Position numbers and translations under genes: made by a program. 64,000 nucleotides of DNA, from contig WGNE01000034.1 in the NCBI GenBank assembly GCA_016124645.1, positions 19,852-83,851 of the forward strand, written 5' to 3'. Below the pieces are notes generated by a model. That model searched no databases, was not told where the DNA came from, and saw nothing but the letters and a program-made list of their open reading frames with translations. This DNA is from Alphaproteobacteria bacterium. GTDB lineage: Bacteria > Pseudomonadota > Alphaproteobacteria > Micavibrionales > UBA2020. The number at the start of each line of letters is the position of its first letter. The first letter of the stretch is position 1. Shown here piece after piece: positions 27,868-37,877 of the stretch.

Positions 27868-30102
27868 CTAGAAGAAGCTCTGCGGGTCGATGTCGATTTT
27901 CAACTGAAGCGCGGAAGGCACCTTCACCATCCCCAGCCATTCGGCGAGGTATTTTTGCAAGGGCAGGTTCCGCCCCGCCTTCACAAGGAAGCGGCGGCGG
28001 TGCTTGCCGCGCAAAAAGGCCATGGGCGCGGGAGCGGGGCCGAGGACCGTGATGTCGTCATAGCGCGGCGCGGATTGCGCGAGGCTGCGGCAGAAAACGT
28101 CGAGCTTCACATCGTCCGGGCCCGAAAGGATCAGCGCGGCCAGCCTGCCGAAGGGCGGCATGCCCGCCCGCTCCCGCTCCGCGCTTTCGGCGGCGAGGAA
28201 GGCGTCGCGGTCGCTGGCGGCCAGCGCGCGGATGACCGATTGCTCGGGCATATAGGTCTGCAAAAAGACGCGCCCCGGTTTTTGCGCCCGCCCCGCGCGC
28301 CCCGCGACCTGGTGGAGAAGCTGGAAGGTGCGCTCGCCCGCGCGCAAGTCCCCGCCCGCAAGTCCGAGGTCCGCATCCACCACCCCCACGCAGGTGAGCG
28401 AGGGGAAGTGGTGCCCCTTGGCGATGATCTGGGTGCCGATGATGACGTCGTATTTCCCCTCCTCGATATCGCGCACGGCGGTGCGGATGGCGGTGGGGCT
28501 GCCCGCGACGTCGCTGGCGAGGATAAAGGTGCGCGCGTCGGGCAGCAGGGCGTGGACTTCTTCCTGTATCCGCTCCACGCCGGGGCCGCAGGCGGCGAGG
28601 CTGTCGGCGTCGTTGCATTCGGGGCAGGCCGTCGGCACCTTCTGGGCGTAGCCGCAATGGTGGCACTGCAGGCGGTTGTGCCGCCGGTGCTCGACCAGCC
28701 ACGCGCTGCACGACGGGCACTGGAAGCGGTGCCCGCAGGTGCGGCAGAGCGTGAGCGGCGCATAGCCGCGGCGGTTGAGGAACAGCAGGGATTGCTCGGC
28801 TGCGTGAAAGGTTTCGCGCAGCGCCTTTTCCAGCGGGGGGGAGATGAAGCGGTTGCGCCCCGGCGGGAACTGCTTGAGGTTGACGACGTTCATCTCCGGC
28901 AATTGCGCCCCCGCGTGGCGGGAGGGCAGGCGCAGATAGCTGTATTTGCCCTGCTCCACGTTCACCATCGTCTCCAATGACGGCGTGGCGGAAACCAGCA
29001 CGACGGGAAAATTGCCGAGGTTCGCGCGCACAACCGCCATGTCGCGCGCGTTGTACATCACGCCTTCTTCCTGCTTGTAGGAAGCGTCATGCTCCTCGTC
29101 CACCACGATGAGGCCGAGGTCGGCGAAGGGCAGGAACAGGGCCGAGCGCGCGCCGATGACGACTTTCGTATCGCCCGCCGCCACGCCCGTCCACGTCACG
29201 CGCCGCTGCGCCGCCGGCACTTCGGAATGCCAGAGCGCGGGGGCGGAGCCGAAGCGTTTCTCGAACCGCTCCAGAAACGGCGCGGAAAGGGAAATTTCCG
29301 GCAGCAGGACCAAGGCCTGCTTGCCCTGCCGCAACGTCTCGGCCACGGCCTCGAAATAAACCTCGGTCTTGCCGGCCCCGGTCACGCCGTCCAGCAGCAC
29401 GCCCGCATACTCTTGCTTTTCCGCGAAGCCGCGCAGCGCGTTGGCCGCCACCTGCTGCTCGCCCGAAAAACTGACAACACCGTGCGAGAGATCGACCACG
29501 CGGCAGGGCGCGGGGGCGCTGACGGCAATGGCCTTCAATTGCCCCGCCGTCGCCATGGAGCGCACCAGCCCCGCGCCGCAGCCCGCCTCGCGCGCGATAT
29601 CGGCGGCGCGGCGCGGCACGCCGTCTTTCAGAAAATCGATGACCCGCTGGCGCGCGGCGGTCAGCTTGAAGGGCGCGGCGGCGCCGTGGATTTCCGGCGG
29701 CACGGTATAGGCGGTGGCCTCCTTCGGCGGACTGAGCGCGTCCGGCACGCTCAGGCTCATCTTCAGGACGGAGCCGAGGTCGGCCATGGTGTAGCGCGCC
29801 ACCCATTCGAGAAATTCGCGCTGCGCCTGCGGCATCGGCGGGAAGTCGTAGCGTTGCAGCACAGGCTTGATTTTCTTGGGGTCGATCTTTTCGCCTTCCG
29901 CCTCCCCCGCGGCCCAGACCACCCCCGGCGTTTCGCGCCGCCCGAGGGGGATTCTTACATAATCACCCGGTCCCGCGGCCATGCCTTCGGGCAGGAAATA
30001 ATCGTAAGCCCTTGATAAGGGATAGGGGGCCAGAACCTGCACCCTTTCCGCCCCTTCGGGCGCCTGATCGACTGTGAAAAAACTAGCCTGAGACATATCC
30101 AT
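27868..30102 (-). CDS. priA: primosomal protein N' (replication restart helicase PriA)
   Basis: Walker [16 protein letters not shown] box VVDEEHD, and the Cys-rich zinc module [33 protein letters not shown]...CPEC. Start trimmed to MDMSQ (30102), because the longer ORF would overlap tal. Confidence 0.9.
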   Translation of the reverse strand: MDMSQASFFTVDQAPEGAERVQVLAPYPLSRAYDYFLPEGMAAGPGDYVRIPLGRRETPGVVWAAGEAEGEKIDPKKIKPVLQRYDFPPMPQAQREFLEWVARYTMADLGSVLKMSLSVPDALSPPKEATAYTVPPEIHGAAAPFKLTAARQRVIDFLKDGVPRRAADIAREAGCGAGLVRSMATAGQLKAIAVSAPAPCRVVDLSHGVVSFSGEQQVAANALRGFAEKQEYAGVLLDGVTGAGKTEVYFEAVAETLRQGKQALVLLPEISLSAPFLERFEKRFGSAPALWHSEVPAAQRRVTWTGVAAGDTKVVIGARSALFLPFADLGLIVVDEEHDASYKQEEGVMYNARDMAVVRANLGNFPVVLVSATPSLETMVNVEQGKYSYLRLPSRHAGAQLPEMNVVNLKQFPPGRNRFISPPLEKALRETFHAAEQSLLFLNRRGYAPLTLCRTCGHRFQCPSCSAWLVEHRRHNRLQCHHCGYAQKVPTACPECNDADSLAACGPGVERIQEEVHALLPDARTFILASDVAGSPTAIRTAVRDIEEGKYDVIIGTQIIAKGHHFPSLTCVGVVDADLGLAGGDLRAGERTFQLLHQVAGRAGRAQKPGRVFLQTYMPEQSVIRALAASDRDAFLAAESAERERAGMPPFGRLAALILSGPDDVKLDVFCRSLAQSAPRYDDITVLGPAPAPMAFLRGKHRRRFLVKAGRNLPLQKYLAEWLGMVKVPSALQLKIDIDPQSFF

Positions 30103-30142
30103 TGGGTACACTAAAGCCGCAAAAAAAGGAAGGTACGCCCCC

Positions 30143-30811
30143 ATGAAATTCTTCGTCGATACCGCCGACATCGCGGAAATCAAAGACTTAGCCTCGACCG
30201 GCCTGCTGGACGGGGTGACCACCAACCCCTCCCTCGTCGCCAAATCGGGCGCGAAAAACTTCATCTCCCTCATCGAGAGCATCTGCGAGATCGTGGACGG
30301 CCCGGTGAGCGCCGAAGTCGCCGCGACCGATTACGCCACGATGCTGAAGGAAGGCCAGCGCCTCGCAAAAATCGCGAACAACGTCGCGGTCAAGGTGCCG
30401 CTGACCGAAGACGGGCTGAAGGTCTGCAAGGCGCTGTCGGACGACGGCACCATGGTCAACGTCACCCTGTGCTTCTCGCCCGCGCAGGCCATTCTGGCCG
30501 CCAAGGCCGGGGCCACGTTCATTTCCCCCTTCGTCGGCCGTCTGGACGACATCAGCATGGACGGCATGCAGCTCATCAGCGACATCGTGCAGATCTACGA
30601 GCAATATCCCGCGATCACGACGGAGGTGCTCGTCGCCTCCATCCGCCACCCCATCCACCTCGTCGAATCCGCCAAGATGGGCGCGCATGTGGCGACCATT
30701 CCGCCCAAGGTCATCCGCCAGCTCTACCAGCACCCGCTGACCGACAAGGGGCTCGCCGCCTTCGTCGAGGACTGGGCGAAGACCGGCCAGTCCATTCTCG
30801 ACGCGGCATGA
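30143..30811 (+). CDS. tal: transaldolase (short, Fsa/TalC-type)
   Basis: [31 protein letters not shown]...[10 protein letters not shown]. Confidence 0.9.
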   Translation: MKFFVDTADIAEIKDLASTGLLDGVTTNPSLVAKSGAKNFISLIESICEIVDGPVSAEVAATDYATMLKEGQRLAKIANNVAVKVPLTEDGLKVCKALSDDGTMVNVTLCFSPAQAILAAKAGATFISPFVGRLDDISMDGMQLISDIVQIYEQYPAITTEVLVASIRHPIHLVESAKMGAHVATIPPKVIRQLYQHPLTDKGLAAFVEDWAKTGQSILDAA

Positions 30812-31521
30812 GCGCCATGACCGGAACGGCAAAGGCCATGGAAAAGGACCTCAGCGAAGAAGACGTCATCGCGTTCCTGAGGGAGCGCAAGGACTTCTTC
30901 CTCGCCCATCCCGACCTGCTGGAGGAAATGGACGCCCCCGGCGAAAAGCTGGGCAAGGGCGTGGTCAGCTTCCAGCAGGCGCTGGTCGATCGGCTGAAGG
31001 CGGACAAGAGCAACGCCAGCCGCATCCAGAAGGAGCTCATCGACACCTTCCGCGCCAACATGAGCAACCAGAACCGCATCCAGACCGCGGTGCTGGTGCT
31101 GCTGGAGGCCGAAAGCTTCGAGGAGTTCATCACCTCCATCACGCAGGATTTCCCCATCTTGCTGGACGTGGATACGGTCAACATCATCATCGAATCGACC
31201 TCGAAGGAAATCCCCTTCATCAACCAGTCGGGCATCCGCTTCGCGCGGCAGGGCTTCGTTTCGCAATGGCTGGGCACGGGCGACGCGCTCTTGCAGCCCA
31301 ACATCAACGGGCATGAGGATATCTTCGGTCCCGGCGCCGGCCTCGTCAAAAGCCACGCGCTGCTGCGCATGGAGATCAGCCAGAACACGCCGGCGGGCAT
31401 CATCGCCTTCGGCTCTCGCGATCCCGAAGCCTTTCACCCCGAACAGGCCATCGACCAGATCGGCTTTCTGGCGCAGGTGGTGGAAAGATGCTTTCGCATA
31501 TGGCTGGACGTGCAATCATAA
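30808..31521 (+). CDS. DUF484-family protein
   Basis: ATGA overlap with the tal stop. [20 protein letters not shown] plus a GAF-like C-terminus. Sits upstream of xerC, the usual DUF484 position. Confidence 0.7.
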   Translation: MSAMTGTAKAMEKDLSEEDVIAFLRERKDFFLAHPDLLEEMDAPGEKLGKGVVSFQQALVDRLKADKSNASRIQKELIDTFRANMSNQNRIQTAVLVLLEAESFEEFITSITQDFPILLDVDTVNIIIESTSKEIPFINQSGIRFARQGFVSQWLGTGDALLQPNINGHEDIFGPGAGLVKSHALLRMEISQNTPAGIIAFGSRDPEAFHPEQAIDQIGFLAQVVERCFRIWLDVQS

Positions 31522-31545
31522 GCCCCTTGGAAAGACGGGGACGGC

Positions 31546-32496
31546 ATGGATAAAGACGCCCTGCCCGTTTCCGTCGCCGCCGACCTGCTGGAAAGATACC
31601 GCCAATGGGTGGATTACCTGACGGTCGAAAAACGGTTCTCCAGACACACGCTGCGCGCCTACCTGTCCGACATGGACTATTTCTTCGCCTTCCTCACCCG
31701 TCACCTCGGCAAGCCGCCGGGGCTCAACGACCTGGGAGATACATCCGTGCGCGACTTTCGCGCATTCCTCGCCAAGAAAACGGCGGAGGGCGCGGGGGCG
31801 GCGACACGGGCGCGCGCGCTGGCCAGCCTGCGGAATTTTTTGAAATGGCTGGACAAGAACGGGCATTTGCACAACGCCGCCATCGGCTCCATCCGCACGC
31901 CCAAGCAGCCCCGGCGCATTCCGCGCGCCCTGCCGCCCAAGCAGGCGAAGGAAGTCATCGAACATGCGGACGAATTGCCGGAGATCCCGTGGATCGGGCT
32001 TCGCGACCGCGCGCTTTTCACCCTGCTCTACGGCTGCGGCCTTCGCATCGACGAGGCGCTGAAGCTCAATTACGGCCAGCGCCCGCAAAACGGCGAGGTT
32101 CGCGTGATGGGCAAGGGCAGCAAGGAGCGCATGGTGCCCGTGCTGCCGCTGGTGCAGAAGATGCTGGACGAATATATCGCCGCCTGCCCCTATGGCTTCG
32201 AGAAAGAAACGCCGTTGTTCATGGGCGTGCGCGGCGGCAGGCTCAATCAGGGCGTCGCGCAGCGGCAATTGCGCAACCTGCGCCGCAGCTTCGGCCTGCC
32301 CGAAAGCCTGACCCCCCACGCGCTGCGCCACAGCTTCGCCACGCACATCCTCGTCAACGGCGGCGATCTGCGCTCGATTCAGGAGCTGCTCGGCCATGCC
32401 TCCGTCACCACCACGCAGCGCTATACCGACTACGACAACGCACAATTGCTGGAAATCTACATGAAGGCGCATCCGCGCGCGAAGGCCGATCCCTAG
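31546..32496 (+). CDS. xerC: tyrosine recombinase XerC
   Basis: RDRALFTLLYGCGLRIDEAL...HALRHSFATHILVNGGDLRSIQELLGHASVTTTQRYT (R-H-R-Y catalytic residues). Confidence 0.9.
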   Translation: MDKDALPVSVAADLLERYRQWVDYLTVEKRFSRHTLRAYLSDMDYFFAFLTRHLGKPPGLNDLGDTSVRDFRAFLAKKTAEGAGAATRARALASLRNFLKWLDKNGHLHNAAIGSIRTPKQPRRIPRALPPKQAKEVIEHADELPEIPWIGLRDRALFTLLYGCGLRIDEALKLNYGQRPQNGEVRVMGKGSKERMVPVLPLVQKMLDEYIAACPYGFEKETPLFMGVRGGRLNQGVAQRQLRNLRRSFGLPESLTPHALRHSFATHILVNGGDLRSIQELLGHASVTTTQRYTDYDNAQLLEIYMKAHPRAKADP

Positions 32497-32499
32497 GCG

Positions 32500-33078
32500 C
32501 TATTTTTCCAGACGCGCCTGCAAATCCTTTTTCACGCCGCGGTAATCCCACCACGACATGTCCTGATAGCGGCGCAGGTGCAGCGGATGCTTGACCTGCG
32601 CCCAGACGGCGGCGGTGCTCGTGCCCTTCGCCTTTTCATGTTCCGCGACTTTCGCCACCAGCTCTTTCAGCTGCGCCTGCTGGGCCGGGGTGATCTTGGC
32701 ATGGGCGAGCGCCCAGCCCGCGCCGGAAAGCGTGAGCAGCAGGCAAAGCCCCAGCGTGACTGCCATGATATGCAGCGCGCGCGAGGGCCGGGCGGCGGAG
32801 CTTGCGGCGTCCAATACGGATTTCAGCTCCATGCGCACGGAGGTCGGATCTTCCATGTCCACCTCCCGCCGGCCTGAATAATGACGCAGGAAGGACAGCA
32901 TCAGCTCGTCCGTCACCTCGTCCTCGTAATGGAAGTAGCGGGCCATGAGGGCGGCCGCGCGCTGGCGTTGCAGGGGCTCCAGCTGCCGGCCCTCCTCCTT
33001 CAGCCAGATGTCGAGGCAGCGGCCCGCGCGTTCCAGCGGGCCGTATATGTCCATCTGCCTTTCCCAGTCGCCGTTCAT
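32500..33078 (-). CDS. hypothetical single-pass membrane protein
   Basis: 192-aa ORF with one TM helix (ALHIMAVTLGLCLLLTLSGAGWALA). Confidence 0.45.
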   Translation of the reverse strand: MNGDWERQMDIYGPLERAGRCLDIWLKEEGRQLEPLQRQRAAALMARYFHYEDEVTDELMLSFLRHYSGRREVDMEDPTSVRMELKSVLDAASSAARPSRALHIMAVTLGLCLLLTLSGAGWALAHAKITPAQQAQLKELVAKVAEHEKAKGTSTAAVWAQVKHPLHLRRYQDMSWWDYRGVKKDLQARLEK

Positions 33079-33213
33079 GCGTCTTCCTTATGTGGGGCGC
33101 CTTTCTTCATTTTAATTCAAAACGGCGTTTTCTCCATGCACAATTTATAGATGAAATTAACCATTTATACAATTTATAATTGTATGCTAGGGTATGCAGG
33201 AAAGGACAAGCCC

Positions 33214-33696
33214 ATGAAGCACGCCGCACTTGAAACGACACGCCCCGCCGCACGCACCATCGCGCTGCTGTTTGCCGTTGTCCTGCTTTGCCTTCCCGCG
33301 CAAGGACAGGCGCGCGAAACCCTGCCCGGCCCGCTGCGCGGCGAGGTGCTGGAGGTGCTGGACGGCGACACCATCGCCGTGCGCCTGCACGTCTGGATCG
33401 GCCAGAGCGTGGAGACCCATGTGCGAATCGCCGGCATCGACGCGCCCGAGATTCACGGCAAATGCAAAAGCGAGCGCGCCCGCGCGCAGGCGGCGAAGAA
33501 GGCGCTGGCGGCATTGCTGACGGACGGAAAGGTGACGCTTTACAATGTGCGTCTCGCCAAATACGCGGGGCGCGTGCTGGCCGAGGCGCGCAGCGAAAAC
33601 GGGCAACACGTCGCCACTTACATGATCGGAAAAGGCCTCGCCCGCCCCTATCACGGGCAAAAGCGCGGCGGCTGGTGCGCGGCGGGCGCAAGATAA
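33214..33696 (+). CDS. thermonuclease (SNase-like) family protein
   Basis: Signal-like N-terminus, then VLDGDTIAVRL...VRIAGIDAPE...AKYAGRVLAE. Start set at MKHAAL; the ORF track begins at 33151. Confidence 0.7.
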   Translation: MKHAALETTRPAARTIALLFAVVLLCLPAQGQARETLPGPLRGEVLEVLDGDTIAVRLHVWIGQSVETHVRIAGIDAPEIHGKCKSERARAQAAKKALAALLTDGKVTLYNVRLAKYAGRVLAEARSENGQHVATYMIGKGLARPYHGQKRGGWCAAGAR

Positions 33697-33703
33697 GGAA
33701 AGC

Positions 33704-34711
33704 TTATTTGCCGCGCGGTTTTAAACTGAAACGCCCGGCCTTTTCGCGCAGGCGCCGCTGGTGCCGCTCGGCCGTCATGCCGGCGAGGGTTTCGGGCGAC
33801 ATGCCGCTTTTTTCCTGCACTCTGGGCGGCAGCTTGTCCCATGCCGCCTGCATCTCGGGGAATTTTTCGCGCCAGAGGTCGAGATCGAAGATTTTCTGCA
33901 GCTGACCGCGCTCCGCCGCCAGCGTGGCGAAGCTGCGGCCCTCGCGGTCCTTCATGCCGTGCAGGTCGTCGAAGCAAAAGCCGTCGCCCGTGGCCTTCAT
34001 CTTTTCGACCACGGCGGAAAGGCAGTTCATTTTCACCGCGCGGATGAAGCCGGGCTCGCCCGTTTCAAGATAGGGCGCGCGCAAAAACCCGCGCGTGCTG
34101 GACAAGCCGTCCAGCTCCTGCAGGAAGAGGCTGCGCTGCGCGTTCATTTCCTCGGACAGGCGCTCGATGACGCCGATATGGTCGTCCGTGCGCGCCAGTT
34201 CCAGAGCGGAGCCGAACATGGCGAAGGGGTCCGCGTGATGCGCCATCAGGATGCCGACGACGAAGGTATGCCCGCCGAAGGCCGCGCGGCGCAGCGCCTG
34301 GTCGTCGGAAAAATGCGGGTCGGCGCCCGCGTCCAGCAGCGCGCGCACCATCGTGGGATCGCCGCGCGTGGCGGCCTTGATGAGGGGCTCGCCCTCCATC
34401 GCGTTCGGGTCCGCGCCGCCGTCGAGCAGCGTGATGACGGTGGTCGTCTGGCCGTTGCTGGCCGCGAAGCGCAGCGCCTCGTCCGACATGGCGTGGATAT
34501 CCGCGCCGCGTTCCAGCAGGAATTCGACGGCCGCGTCATGGCCGTTGCTGGCGGCGCGGCGCAGGGCGCGGCTGCGGTCGAAATCCGCCTTCGCCCCCGC
34601 CTTGATCGCGGCCTTCATGGCTTCGATATCGCCGTCGCTGGCGGCATCCACCAGCGCGTCGCCGTGGCGCAGCTCTTCTTCCCAGCCGCCGTTTTCGGGG
34701 TGATAGGCCAT
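33704..34711 (-). CDS. ankyrin-repeat protein
   Basis: Start MAYHPENGG overlaps the xthA stop (TGATG). Repeats include ALRRAASNGHDAAVEFLLERGADIHA, EALRFAASNGQTTTVITLLDGGADPNA and PLIKAATRGDPTMVRALLDAGADPHF. Confidence 0.8.
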   Translation of the reverse strand: MAYHPENGGWEEELRHGDALVDAASDGDIEAMKAAIKAGAKADFDRSRALRRAASNGHDAAVEFLLERGADIHAMSDEALRFAASNGQTTTVITLLDGGADPNAMEGEPLIKAATRGDPTMVRALLDAGADPHFSDDQALRRAAFGGHTFVVGILMAHHADPFAMFGSALELARTDDHIGVIERLSEEMNAQRSLFLQELDGLSSTRGFLRAPYLETGEPGFIRAVKMNCLSAVVEKMKATGDGFCFDDLHGMKDREGRSFATLAAERGQLQKIFDLDLWREKFPEMQAAWDKLPPRVQEKSGMSPETLAGMTAERHQRRLREKAGRFSLKPRGK

Positions 34712-35517
34712 CAGGCGGCCTCCTTGATGTCGAGGATGACGGGCGCGTGGTCGCTGGGGCGTTCCCAGCCGCGCACCTCGCGCAAAATCTGCTGCTTTTG
34801 CAGGGCGGGCTTCAGCTTTTTCGTGACCCATATATGGTCGAGCCTGCGGCCCTTGTCCGCCGCGTCCCAGTCCTTCGCGCGGTAGCTCCACCATGAATAG
34901 AGCTTTTTCTCCTCCGGCACGAAGTGGCGCACGGCGTCCACCCAATCGACGGATTCGTAAAAGCGCGTGAACTTCTCGACCTCGACCGGGGTGTGGGACA
35001 CGACCTTCAAAAGCTTCTTGTGGTCCCAGACGTCGTTTTCCAGCGGGGCGATGTTGAGGTCGCCAACCGCGATCATCGGCTTTTTCGCGCCGCGCTCCTT
35101 CGCGAACCATGCCGTCAGCTCATCGACGAAGTCCAGCTTGTGGCGGAACTTGTCGTTCGCCTCGGGGTCCGGCTCGTCCCCGCCCGCGGGAATGTAGATA
35201 TTGTGCAGCTCGAAGGGGTTGCCCTTCAGCTTCACCTTGGCGGAGATGTGGCGGCAATCGTCCTTGCCGCAGCGGCGGTGGATTGCCTTGTCCGCAAGCG
35301 GCAGGCGCGAGAGGATCGCGACGCCGTTATAGCCCTTCATGCCGGTGAAATGCTGGTGCACAAAGCCCTTGTCCGCGAAGGCGTCGGCGGGGAAGAATGC
35401 GTCGGGCGTCTTGGTTTCCTGCAGGCACAGCACGTCCGGCTTCGCCTTGGCGACGAGCTTCATGACGGTGTCGATCCGCAGGCGGACGGAATTGATGTTC
35501 CATGTCACAAGACGCAT
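34711..35517 (-). CDS. xthA: exodeoxyribonuclease III
   Basis: MRLVTWNINSVRLRIDTVMKLVAKAKPDVLCLQETK...SDHAPV. Confidence 0.95.
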   Translation of the reverse strand: MRLVTWNINSVRLRIDTVMKLVAKAKPDVLCLQETKTPDAFFPADAFADKGFVHQHFTGMKGYNGVAILSRLPLADKAIHRRCGKDDCRHISAKVKLKGNPFELHNIYIPAGGDEPDPEANDKFRHKLDFVDELTAWFAKERGAKKPMIAVGDLNIAPLENDVWDHKKLLKVVSHTPVEVEKFTRFYESVDWVDAVRHFVPEEKKLYSWWSYRAKDWDAADKGRRLDHIWVTKKLKPALQKQQILREVRGWERPSDHAPVILDIKEAA

Positions 35518-35565
35518 GGGCGCTTCTTCTCCTTTGCCGTTATCCGGGCGATGACCGCCGCGCGT

Positions 35566-36186
35566 TTACCGGTGGGGGTTGAACGGCGGCTTAAAAGGCT
35601 TTTTTGACGTGGCCGCCGCCGCGCGGTCGAGCGCTTCCAGCGCCTCGTGGGATTTTTTCGCGGCGTCCTCGAACACGGCGTCGAGCCTGGGGTCCTGCCC
35701 CTTGATGGTGGCGAAGGTGCGCTCGAGGTCGTTGAGGATTTTCCAGCGGGTTTCGTGGAACTTGTCGATTTTGGCGCGGCCGATCATCTGGTCGGTCATG
35801 GTCGAAACGCCCTCGGCGATGTAGATGCGGTTGGTGTCGCGCAGCATGGCGTCGTCCTTCGCCTTGGCAGGGTCGGCCATGGTGTGCATGAGATCGACCG
35901 TGCGGTCGCCGAAGATGTTGCGCGCCACTTTCTCGACCTGCTCGTTGGCGATGATCTCGGCCTTGGCCGGGCCCAGCAAGAGCAGGGTCACGGATTCTTC
36001 CGACCAGTCCTCGCAGGTGTCCATCACGCGCTTGGCGGCGGCGACGGGCTGGTTGTGCATGAAGTTGGCGATACGCTCGGGCCCGAACATCGACATGTTG
36101 TCGTCCAGCCACTTGTTGCAGATGGCGGTGGCCGTCTTCCAGCGGTTGTTCGCCGGCAGGCCGGAATTCTCGTATTCGAAAGGCAT
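35566..36186 (-). CDS. hypothetical protein
   Basis: 206-aa ORF with normal composition. No motif recognised. Confidence 0.5.
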   Translation of the reverse strand: MPFEYENSGLPANNRWKTATAICNKWLDDNMSMFGPERIANFMHNQPVAAAKRVMDTCEDWSEESVTLLLLGPAKAEIIANEQVEKVARNIFGDRTVDLMHTMADPAKAKDDAMLRDTNRIYIAEGVSTMTDQMIGRAKIDKFHETRWKILNDLERTFATIKGQDPRLDAVFEDAAKKSHEALEALDRAAAATSKKPFKPPFNPHR

Positions 36187-36220
36187 GTTTCTCTCCTCGG
36201 GTGAAAATCTTTATTGAATT

Positions 36221-36544
36221 TTAAAAAGGCAGTTCCATGTTGGGGGGCAGGCCCATTTCGGCCATCAGCTTCTGGGTTTCGCCGGTCATGATCCGCTCGG
36301 CCTGCGCGCGCGCGTCGTTGACGGCGGCGACGATGAGGTCTTCCAGCACGTCGGTCTCCTCGGGTTTCACGAGCGAGGGGTCGATCTTGATCGATTTCAG
36401 TTCGTAGCTGCCGGTGACGACGCAGCTCACCAGCCCGCCGCCCGCCGCGCCGGGAATGTCCATTTCCTTCACGCGGTCCTGCATTTCCTGCATCTTCTGC
36501 TTGAATTTCTGGGCCTTTTGCATCATCTGGGCGATATTGGTCAC
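36221..36544 (-). CDS. ybaB: YbaB/EbfC nucleoid-associated protein
   Basis: MTNIAQMMQKAQKFKQKMQEMQDRVKEM...GGGLVSCVVTGSYELKSIKIDPSLV...LEDLIVAAVNDA. Confidence 0.9.
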   Translation of the reverse strand: MTNIAQMMQKAQKFKQKMQEMQDRVKEMDIPGAAGGGLVSCVVTGSYELKSIKIDPSLVKPEETDVLEDLIVAAVNDARAQAERIMTGETQKLMAEMGLPPNMELPF

Positions 36545-36761
36545 GGGGGCGCCTGCCTTTTCTGTCTTTATATATAGGAATATGGTTGGTTGTTATGAAA
36601 CCTATAGAGGCCGCGCCCCGAAGTCAACACGCCGCCGCCCCCGCCGAAAATATGACTTAACTCACTGAAAATATATAGAGATTAGGCCTGACTTCGGTTT
36701 GCATTGCCCTATTTTGCAGTATTATGATAAATTAGAACAGTTTCAACAAGACGGACGTCCG

Positions 36762-37856
36762 ATGTTCGGCAAACCGCGCACCATATTCGAAAACGCCGCC
36801 CGCCCGCCGGGGCCCCTCGCGCCGCCGCCGGTGGACGCATGGAAAGCCGTCAGCAGCGACGACCTGAAGGCGCTGAAAAAGCTGCTGGGCGACAACCCCG
36901 CGCTGCTGCGCGAAATCAGGCGCGTGCCCATCGCGCACCGCCAGCTCGTCGAGATGAACCTCCTTCATTACGCCGCCCTCGTCGGCAGCAAGGAAGCGGT
37001 GGAGATGCTGGACGCATGCGGCGCCAATATCCACGCGCCGACGGCGCCGGACGGCTATACCCCCGCCATCCTCGCCGCGCGGGCGGGCAAGCTGGCCACG
37101 CTGGAATTCCTGAAGCTGAATGGCGCGAACCTCGACGCGCAGGCCCGCAGCCGCGCCACCGCGCTGAACGAGGCCTGCACGCGCGGCCACGCCGCCTGTG
37201 CGCATTTCCTGCTGGAAAACAAGGCGAAGATAAAAGATTCCGCCGGGCGCTTCCGCCTGCCCGACATCGTCGCCGCCGCCGAACAGGGACACAGGGAGAT
37301 CGTCGAGGATTTGCTGGCGCATGGCGCGAAAATCGACACGCGCGATTCAGCCGGGCGCAGCGCGCTGTGGTGGGCGCTCTACCGCGGGCATCACGACCTC
37401 GCGCAAGAGCTGATGGACCGCGGCGCGGATACCTCCCTTTCCGACGACGACGGCATGACCATGCTGATGGCCGCCATCATGGGCGGCGGCACGGACAGCG
37501 CGCGCCGCTTGCTGGACGAGGGCGTCCCGGTCAACGAAGGCGCGAAAAGCGGCGATACCGCCCTGCACTACACCGCCTATTCGAACCGGAAAGCCGCGGC
37601 GCGCGACATCGCCGTCCTGCTGCTGGAACGCGGCGCGTGGACGGACATCAAGAACAACCAAGGTGAAACGCCCGCCGACAGCTCGCGGCGGATGCGCGAC
37701 GGCGACTTGACCCGCACCATCGAAATCGCGGAGAAGGATGCGGGCCGCCCCTCCGCGCAGAACATGATACCCAAAAGATTCATGGACGGCACCTGCCGCA
37801 CCGTCAAGCCCATGAAGCCGCTGCAGCTAAAGCCGCGCGGCAAAACGAATTCCTGA
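36762..37856 (+). CDS. ankyrin-repeat protein
   Basis: Repeats include NLLHYAALVGSKEAVEMLDACGANIHA, YTPAILAARAGKLATLEFLKLNGANLDA and TALHYTAYSNRKAAARDIAVLLLERGAWTD. ATG 36762 preferred over the TTG at 36699. Confidence 0.8.
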   Translation: MFGKPRTIFENAARPPGPLAPPPVDAWKAVSSDDLKALKKLLGDNPALLREIRRVPIAHRQLVEMNLLHYAALVGSKEAVEMLDACGANIHAPTAPDGYTPAILAARAGKLATLEFLKLNGANLDAQARSRATALNEACTRGHAACAHFLLENKAKIKDSAGRFRLPDIVAAAEQGHREIVEDLLAHGAKIDTRDSAGRSALWWALYRGHHDLAQELMDRGADTSLSDDDGMTMLMAAIMGGGTDSARRLLDEGVPVNEGAKSGDTALHYTAYSNRKAAARDIAVLLLERGAWTDIKNNQGETPADSSRRMRDGDLTRTIEIAEKDAGRPSAQNMIPKRFMDGTCRTVKPMKPLQLKPRGKTNS

Positions 37857-37877
37857 CAGTAAAATGAAACGGCCGGT

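Noticed and set aside
30103-30282. Longer PriA N-terminus overlapping tal
   Set aside because: The extension has no PriA-like sequence and overlaps the divergent tal coding region. Recognisable PriA sequence begins at MDMSQASFF.
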